A stretch of DNA of 60,164 bases, filler included, from Hausera hauseri (taxonomy: Eukaryota), in NCBI GenBank assembly GCA_046269625.1. It is 10 parts of 10 records of this genome, joined end to end, with 100 filler letters (N's around TTAATTAATTAA, not from the genome) between each part and the next. Parts side by side here need not be neighbours in the genome. Positions count along the whole stretch, not along the records: positions 48,020 to 53,674 come from JBJURY010212522.1; positions 53,775 to 60,164 come from JBJURY010105654.1; 8 more parts are not named here. One strand, written 5' to 3'. Under the pieces are notes generated by a model. The model did no database searches, had not been told where the DNA came from, and was given only the letters and a program-made list of their open reading frames with translations. The translations under genes were made by a program, and so were the position numbers. Shown piece after piece: positions 51,951 to 60,164 of the stretch. Position 1 is the stretch's first letter, and each line of letters starts with the position of its first letter.

Positions 51951-52339
51951 AAGCTGCTAACGACTATCAGATATAGTAATAGGTGAATAATTTGTACTAT
52001 CCAATCTAAGACATTGGTATCTCTGGGGTACATTAGAGTTGTAGGGTTAAATCGTTCGAGGATTTCATCCCAACCTCCTTGTTTGGTTACCAAATCTTTT
52101 GTTAGTTTATCCATGTAATGGAATAAGCCCCTTACTACATGATGCAATTTTGCGTCAACCTCTGTTTGATTTTTAAAGCTGACCACTATACATCCTAATG
52201 CCATCAGTAGTCGATTTTGATCACATTCCTTTAGTAATCGTGTCAATGCTTTATTTAAGCCTCCTTTCATTTTATATTTCTGTAGCAATATTGTAATTTG
52301 CGATGAAAGGTTTCTAGCGGTTTCTATTATGGACTTCAA
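51950..52339 (-). CDS. Bcl-2-like domain + transmembrane segment within ORF 51911-52597
   Basis: BH2-like YMDKLTKDLVTKQGGWDEILERF, weak BH1-like DQNRLLMALGCIVVSF, then hydrophobic VLDWIVQIIHLLLYLIVVSSL. Confidence 0.5.
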
Positions 52340-52599
52340 TGGAATCGTTGTAATTGTTGGTATTTTCTTGACTTGATTTGGCTTAACTTTCTTGATTAAT
52401 TGTTCTAGAGGTTCATGAGTTGTTAATGTTACTTTTGGTATGTCTGTTTCGTTTTCATTCGATGTTCCCGTAGTAGGAATTTTTGTTTGTTCACTTTCAT
52501 CATCACTAATAGTAAATCGTTGGAAGTTATTGTATAATATATTTTCTAACATTTCTCGTTGTTCCTTACGCGTTTTCGACAAGGGTCTTTTCTTCACTT

Positions 52600-53674
52600 A
52601 TCTTTCTGGTCTTTCTTCTTCAGGATTTTTTTCATCATCACTTATTGGATTAATGTTGCATTTGCGTGGTCATCTTCTTTTTTTCTTTGTACCAAATTCC
52701 ATGGTAATCTGATGAATCTTTCCGGTAAGGAGTCCATAATCCACAATGTAATCATTGTCAGCGGCTGGTCTACCGTAAACATCTGTTTTCGCTATTATAT
52801 TAGTTTCTAGATCTAATTCTTCTAATACTTTCCTTCGGAGGTCTGTAAATTTAGTGAACATTCCTGCTGTTACTTCGATTGCTTGTTCCCGCTTATTGGT
52901 TTTAATTTCTATACTTATAGTTATTTTCTTCTATGTTTTTGTCTTAAGTCCCTACCAAGAGCTTTAAGTAGCTTTCTTGCTGCTGAAAAGCAAAATACAT
53001 CGTCCTTCGTTAGAGACAAAAGCCATGGTGCGCATTCCATTCAATTAGCCAGTGGTAGTAAATCACATTGGCATAAGGCATTCCATACCTGGTTAGGTGC
53101 TGTATTGGCTATTTGTAGTTTAGCTTTAATTATTTTTGTAATTAATTCTGGGAGTTTATCTTACAATATGGAACCGGAGGGAATATTCATTTCTGGTTCT
53201 TTTTCAGATATGCATGTTTGTATTGAATAACAAATGGTTTCAAGTAATGTCAATCGCTGGGGTGGAACCTTAGATTTGGGTAGCGGTGCGATTAATCTGT
53301 CGTTATGATGTTCTATCCATTCTCCAATTGTTCTTTTTCTGACGAGCGCATGCGAATATTCGTCTGAATCCATGTCCAGGTGTCTTTGAGTAATTTGTTC
53401 GATTACTGGGATTTCTCTTGCTTCAGTAGATTTTTCGAGTTTCCGCATTGCTGAAAAGCCTATTCGTAGTGTCTTCTGACTTTCTATTATCCATGGTATA
53501 TTGTTTTCCGCTCGCTCAGTTTTTAAGTATTCGTCTAGATATCTTTGTGCTATAATTTCTGAGTTATGATCATTATATAGGTCCAAACATCTGTAAGTTT
53601 TGTTGGTTTGTTCCATTTCGTAAATTGCGGTTAGATTTATTGTACTTATTTTCAATGTATTCACCAGTTCTGGC
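52600..53674 (-). pseudogene. Degraded upstream part of the same polyprotein, unidentified
   Basis: ORF pieces 53161-53664 and 52670-52861 are on the same strand and separated only by single stops or frameshifts. Confidence 0.4.
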
Positions 53675-53779
53675 NNNNNNNNNNNNNNNNNNNNNNNNNN
53701 NNNNNNNNNNNNNNNNNNTTAATTAATTAANNNNNNNNNNNNNNNNNNNNNNNNNNNNNNNNNNNNNNNNNNNNATTAA

Positions 53780-55570
53780 TGCTGAGAGATCGGGAGGTGT
53801 TAATCCTCTGAAAGAAGAGATTCCTGATTTACGTGATAAGTTGTAAGTGGCTTCAACAATGTCTGAGATTTATGTTGAAAATGGTTATGGTTCACCTTGG
53901 CTGAATAAATTTATAATCGCCTTCAATCTTCAGCAGATCTTAACCTTTAGTAACGTTCGTTTGAAAGAACGGCTTGATCTCGATTTGAAGTTTGAAAACA
54001 ATCTAAAGGAGACATTATATTAATTACGGTGTGAGCTTAAATTGAAAGATATTAAAGTTAAACATCTTCAAGATAAAATCAATGATGACTGTAGTGAAAT
54101 TGAACAACACACAAACGGTAATTTATCAAAATTAAGAATATCAGAAGTCACAGCTACATGTCATGCGAGATGTGACTGTCAATAAATAGAAATAGCATAC
54201 TTGAAAGCAGAATTAAAAAAAACTAAACGATTAGAAATCAAATCTGAAGCAAGCTATTTCTATTCAAATTTAAAGGAGTATTATAATGTTAAAAGCAAGG
54301 AGAATATATCAGATTACGAAACAGCTCATTGTAGATTGAAAGAAGAGTTGACCAAGCAAGCTATCACAAATAGTCAGTTGAAGCGGGAGAATTCATTTAT
54401 AAAAGGAAGTTTTCTGAAAAACGAACAAGAATTAAAAGCTTAAATAGCTTCATTGAAGACTAAATTGAATATGAGCAATGAACAACATGAGGAGTCTGTA
54501 ATTGAACGACGACAGTCTCTGATTGTCAGAGATGATTCTAATAAAGTTCCATCTGTCATGAAGAACAGACAGTATTGTTTTGGAAATTGATGAAAATCTC
54601 GAATACTCGGACGAAGAATTTATTGAAAGTGATATTCTGAAAATTGAACGCCTCGAAAAGGAGCATGTAGAGTATAAAACAAAAATCACCACGCTAATAT
54701 GCCACATCGTTAACAAATGTCAAGAAATCATTAAACACCAATTGGTATTGGGAGATGAAGAGTCATTGACGACTAAGTGCAAAGAATTGCGGGAACCGTG
54801 GGACAATGAAGAGATGGACTTGCGACAAAATTACAAAGAAATAAATGAGTTACAGATGGTGGAGATTATTGAGTTGCGGTAATGAGACACGGTGTGAATA
54901 GTCGAGTAAAAAATTAAAAGGATTTAAATTGAAACACGAAGAGATTACAGACGACAGAGATAGATTGTATAGTGAAACTGAGATTCTTCCTGATGTGAAA
55001 TTAATACTAAAAGAAAAATGCAACTCACCCAAACTTGAGTTTCTTGGTAAGCCGTTTCAAACAGACTTCAATGGATTACCGACAATTGTTCAATTCAAAA
55101 TCAACTTATATTTTGTTCTGATAAATGGTAAATCTACAGAAATTCAGGAATTTGACGTTAAGCATCAGATATATTACATCCTGGTTACATCACCGGATGA
55201 ACAAACACTGCTTTATACTTTACAAAATTACGGCATTAACCATCTTGGGGCTAAGAACAATATACATTTCATTTTTGTATTCAGTGTAGTTCGAGAACAC
55301 AATTATGGAAATACTCGAAATTGATGTAAATAGAAAAGGTATGTCTGTGGTTATTGAAGAAACCGATGGAACAAATTGTGCGATGTGTAAATGATCAGAG
55401 AGTGGCCTGTTTGTCAAGGTATCAGATATGATTAAAATTGATATAAGTTCAAATATATTAATCATATTTAGTGTAGATAAATTGAGAATTCTTGTTGCTG
55501 GCAAAAGGTGTATAACAAAAGCGGATGTGGCCGAATTTTTACAATCGTCAAAGTCACATTCCCTCACAGA
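53780..55570 (+). pseudogene. Degraded coding-like fragments, partly coiled-coil, unidentified
   Basis: Run of E/K/L-rich plus-strand ORF pieces (54201-54443, 54580-54882, 54929-55324) broken by stops. Confidence 0.3.
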
Positions 55571-55706
55571 ATTTGTTGGATGCCGCGGAAAAATGTATGA
55601 TTATTCTTTTTACCGTCATCTCAATTTCTTTTACATTTGGACTGATGAGTAGACAAAAATTCCTTTAGTATTTCATGATGTTAATCGAATATCCCTTATT
55701 TATTTC

Positions 55707-56711
55707 ATGTTACATATCGTTGTCTGTAAAACCAGTTATATGATCACGACCAATGGGTGGATAGTGACTTGTACCGCTACTCTCCTTAGTCTCCCCACCG
55801 GACAGCAAAAGCGTAAACTAAATCTGAACAAACCATCATCAGTTCGGGCTCCTTTACGCCGTTGTTTAGAGATTGACCAGATCATTCAATTAAACCTTCA
55901 ACCAGAATTTAATATGCAGATTAACAATTACATCTGGTTAAAGGATTGTCCGAATGATTCGAATTGTGATAAAAGGGACGAAAGGACACTCAAAGATTTT
56001 AATTGCAAAGAATTCATTACAGAATTCAGTTGTACTAAGCGAGAGTCTGAGAATGCCGATTCTTCGAAAATGACAAACCTTGGTTTAAAGAGCTATACGA
56101 CTTGGGGTGAGGATCTTATTCGCAATCAAAATCCTAAAAGCGCTATTGGAGTATTCGATTCGAGACACAATAGAATAAACAAACCGCACGCAATCGATTT
56201 CCAACAAAAGGTATTGAAAAGGTCAATGATTCTCTTTAGAACCGTATCCGAATTGAGGGAAAATTTGAGAATGTTAACGGCTCTCCTCAGAGCCACAGTT
56301 ATTGATTTTGATGGGGTTTCGAATCCCCTTAAAAGATTCGCGAGAGTTGCCATTTTACTAGATGCGGGTAACACTTCAATGTCGGTTCCTTATTCGCCCC
56401 TACGACGTTTGAGCTGGAGCCACAAGGTCACAATTAATGCCCACCTTGCAGGTTACGTAGAAGCCCCAGCTCATGGTAAGGAGATCACTGGACTCATGAA
56501 GTATGAGATTAAAAGGAAAGTCGGATTAGTAAAAAATAAGGTCAGTTTTCATGCATTGTCATATACATTGTTGTCGGTCGTCTTCACATTCCGCCCTGAG
56601 CTTCCCCCTAACGAACGTTGCGCTAATACCCATAGGAGAATATTACCAAATTGTTCTATTAATAATTTTTTATTTCAGATATTAAGAACCTTGATAGAGT
56701 ATGAAAAATAA
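55707..56711 (+). CDS. 334-aa ORF of unknown function
   Basis: Long stop-free ATG-initiated frame in otherwise degraded AT-rich DNA; no motif recognised. Confidence 0.3.
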   Translation: MLHIVVCKTSYMITTNGWIVTCTATLLSLPTGQQKRKLNLNKPSSVRAPLRRCLEIDQIIQLNLQPEFNMQINNYIWLKDCPNDSNCDKRDERTLKDFNCKEFITEFSCTKRESENADSSKMTNLGLKSYTTWGEDLIRNQNPKSAIGVFDSRHNRINKPHAIDFQQKVLKRSMILFRTVSELRENLRMLTALLRATVIDFDGVSNPLKRFARVAILLDAGNTSMSVPYSPLRRLSWSHKVTINAHLAGYVEAPAHGKEITGLMKYEIKRKVGLVKNKVSFHALSYTLLSVVFTFRPELPPNERCANTHRRILPNCSINNFLFQILRTLIEYEK

Positions 56712-56782
56712 ACGTTATACTAAATGAAATAGGAATAAATCCTGTTATCTCTGAAACCTTTATAAACATCCTCATAAACTTC

Positions 56783-59700
56783 TTGTTATTTGTATATCGC
56801 GTCAGACCTGTAGAAATATTGCAACAGATATTAGAAGAAATCATAAACAAAAAAAGTAACAAGTTATCTGTTAAGGGGTATTACCTATTTAATAAATGTT
56901 ATATAAATAAAAGATTTAGATTTAGATATACTTTACTGAACAAGAACATACCAATCCTCAAAAGGAAATTAAAACAGTTAAGGGTATTACCAAAAGGGAT
57001 GGAAATGGAGAAACCGTCAAAGGAAATAGAAAATAAGAAAACAAAAAAACTTAAAAAAATAAAATTAGAGAAGAAAAGGAAAGAGTTCGAAGAACACAAA
57101 CCGGGACAGATTATCGTAAAAATAAACCAAAACCCCCCAGTCGTTTTTGATGTTAACGAAATGGAAACCATTAATACGTTGAAAAGAAAAATACCTGAAA
57201 AATGTTGTATGAGAACGGAAAAAACTATAATCATATATAAGAGTGAAAGACGGAACAATGACGAAATGATACAGAAGATCCCACATGGGACGATTATAAG
57301 CATCAATAGTGGATTACGAGGAGGGAGTGTTAGTGAAAGTGAAGTCGACGAATCAAAAAACATCGAGGTACAAAACGAAGATAGTAAAAATGATCCAAAC
57401 AAGAAGTCATGACATTAGATGACAAATCAGATATAAAATCACGGAATGAATATCTAGCACCAAAGTTAAAGCGTATCGAGCTTCCGAAATTCGGCAGAAA
57501 CGTTGCGGAATTCAAGAAATGGCGACAGATTTTCAAAAATTGTGTAGAAAAAACTTCGCTTTCGGATATAGACAAACAGATGCAACTAGAAAATTGTATG
57601 GAGAAGCAAAACGCTTAGTTCAAAACTATCTCTCAGAAGATTCCTACAAAGCAGCTGTCGGAAAATTGGAACGATATTATGGAGAAAACCAGAGAAATTA
57701 TGCCTCTCTTATGTCGGAAATTATAGAATTTCAAAAGATAAGTGTACATAATATCAAAGGATTATATTCCTTTGCCACGTTATTGGACTCCGTCATTATA
57801 AGATTAAAATATTTAGACCGTGAAACGGAGCTAGAAGGTGGTCTACTATACCAAAATCTAATCCAAAAATTACCCGAGGTTATGGTGTTAACATGGTAGC
57901 GTTATCGCAAAGACAAAGACAAAAAACGGAACGTGCAGAATTTGAAGGCGTGATTAGAAAAAGAAACAGAGTTAAAACATATTGCTGCAGAAGGAGTTTA
58001 TGGAATAAATGTCTTGATACCAACCAAAAATAGACATTCTTAAAGATTAGTGAAAAATTCCTTTTTTACCGATAAAATGGAGGAAAGGTATAAGTCCACA
58101 AACAAAATTGATTTCGGCACTAATGAAAAAGAAAATTAAAAAATAACAATTGTTGGAAAGAAAAGGAGGTCCAACGGAGACCCTGTAAATATTTCCTAGC
58201 TGGAAAATGCCAATTCGATAAATCATGCATATTTCGACATGAAAAGAGAAATCAGAGTGGTTATAAGAATACAAATCAAAAGCCTTGTTCATATTTTCAA
58301 AGTGGAAACTGGAGGTAAGGTGAAAATTGTTGGTTTAAACATGAGAAATTTCCATACGTTTCAAGGCGAGAAGCAAACTGCTTGAAAATCCTTGATGGAA
58401 AATTATACATAGAGAGAACTTTCAAAACCTCAATTGATGTTGACAGAACTATATCACAATCAAACGATAATTCTTGCCAAACGAATTAATGTGAATTCTC
58501 AGAGAGACGGACTTATGTGACGAAAATGGGAGATGAGAAATCTAAAGAACAAGACAAAATAGCCTTGAGGACGATATCAGCGTACTTGATCTACGGAACC
58601 AAGAAAGTTAAATGAATATGTTACTAGATGATACTGGCACAGACAGTTTCCTGGAAGAAGACATTGTACGGCAATTGGAACTCAGTGGAGAGGAGAATGT
58701 TACAGTGGCCGTAGACGGAGATACGCAACAGAAACACAAAATGACAAGAGTTCACATGATATTGCAAAGTTTGGACAATAGCATTTGTGAACGGTTCAAC
58801 GCACTATTCATGAAAAAGCCAACTGGAAACATTAATGCTGTAAACTGGGCGATTGAAAAAAGACGATGGCCCCACTTACGAGGTATTGCATTTGTAGAAG
58901 TGAGAAGAAATGAACACGTAGACAGAATCATAGGTGCAAATTACATACATCTTCACAAATCTATAAACGAAATTTCAGGCACACCGGAAGGACCAATAGC
59001 TAGACTGACTCCCGTTGGTTGGACATGTGTCGGAATTCTGAATGAACGGAAAGGCAATTTAGTAAGTAACAATTTAGTACGAACATACTGGACTAAGGTA
59101 GACGAAATGAACAAAAATATAAAAAGATTATGGGAAATTCTTCAGATTACAAAAGATAAAATGAAAAAGACTGAACATGGAAGGTATGAGGTTTCTCTGC
59201 CCTGGAAAGACAAAATTGAGATACCAAAATCCAGACATATGGCAGAAAAAAGACTCGAGTATCTGCAGAAGAAACTAAGCTCAGATAACTTGATGAATGT
59301 AGCTTATGAGCAAGTGATTAAAGATCATATTAAAAAAGAATATGTGGAGTTAGTAGAAAAGGCGGAAAATGAAACGAATTATTGGACGTTACCACATTTC
59401 CCCGTTCAGAAACCGGATAGGTCTACCACGAAAACCAGATTAGTATTCGACGCAGCTGCAAAGGTAAAAGGGAAAAGCTTAAATGACTTGTTACACTCAG
59501 GACCAAAGTTACAGCAAGATTTAGTAGAAATTCTAATCCGCATGAGAAAGAATGAAATCGTGTTAATTTGTGACATAGCTGAGATGTTCCTACAAATTAG
59601 TATTTCACCAGATGACAGAAAATTTGTACAATTCTTGTGGTGAAGGAATGGTAAGGTTGAAACGTATCAATTCACAAGACTAGTATTTGGATTGAATGCC

Positions 59701-60164
59701 TCACCATTCTTGGCAGATATGTTTGAGAACAAATATCCACGAGCAGTTGAAACAATTAGACAATCAACATACATGGATGACTGTATAGATTCCACTGAAA
59801 CAGAAAGTGAAGCTATTAAGTTATACTACCAGTTGAAAGAAATCTGGGAAGCAGCAAAAATGAATACCCATAAATGGTTATCGAATTTGGAACAATTATA
59901 TCGCGAGATACCGGAAAACGAAAAAGCAAAGGAATACGCCTTCAAAAGTGAGGTCAGTTGTACGTCGAAAACCTTAGGACTTAAGTGGAATGTAAAAGAA
60001 GACTGTTTAACTTTCGACGGCGGAGGGAATCGCGGAAGTGGATTGACCAAAAGAAATGTCCTAAATGCCTTAGCCAAAATATTTCACCCCTTGGGTCTAG
60101 TGAGCACTGTTACTATAGCAGGTAAATGTTTATTGCAGGAAATGTTGTTAAACGGGTTTGACTG
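56783..60164 (+). mobile_element. Degraded BEL/Pao gag-pol: Ubl - DUF1759 - 2x CCCH - PR - RT, running off-window
   Basis: Ubl 57107-57325 ending SGLRGG; KRIELPKFGR..FKKWRQIF; CKYFLAGKCQFDKSCIFRH at 58184-58240; LLDDTGTDSFL; LPHFPV..TTKTRLVFDAAA; YMDD 59770-59781; IFHPLG. Confidence 0.9.

Noticed and set aside
56899-57402. Hydrophobic 167-aa minus-strand ORF as a membrane protein
   Set aside because: It is the antisense shadow of the K/E-rich Ubl-containing BEL ORF.

Overview
This is AT-rich eukaryotic DNA, probably from an invertebrate animal. It is not one locus: it consists of 10 short contigs joined by artificial 100-bp linkers (N44-TTAATTAATTAA-N44), so adjacency across linkers means nothing. 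Content: (i) LTR retrotransposons, namely three degraded CsRn1-like Ty3/Gypsy copies with tandem CHCC fingers, three other Gypsy elements and two BEL/Pao elements; (ii) intronless, internally deleted, often chimeric fragments of host genes (CCT8, BLM-type RecQ, NAA15, POLA1 with a beta-tubulin insert, neurobeachin/LRBA, pyruvate carboxylase); (iii) foldback/TIR elements and small satellites. Most notable: (1) Two divergent BEL/Pao polyproteins both carry a ubiquitin-like domain ending L-[KR]-G-G-S in front of Gag, and both have tandem CCCH fingers where CCHC knuckles are expected. (2) A Gypsy element has the order Bcl-2-like domain + TM, chuvirus-type glycoprotein, protease, RT. (3) An open chimeric ORF of at least 644 codons (missed by the ORF track) contains a CCT8 fragment in frame. 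(4) Host-mRNA mosaics sit directly against CsRn1-like elements, and a TSD-flanked TG-starting insert carries coding-like cargo. (5) A 623-bp TIR element has Polinton-like hallmarks. All homology calls come from motif recognition by eye, not from database searches.
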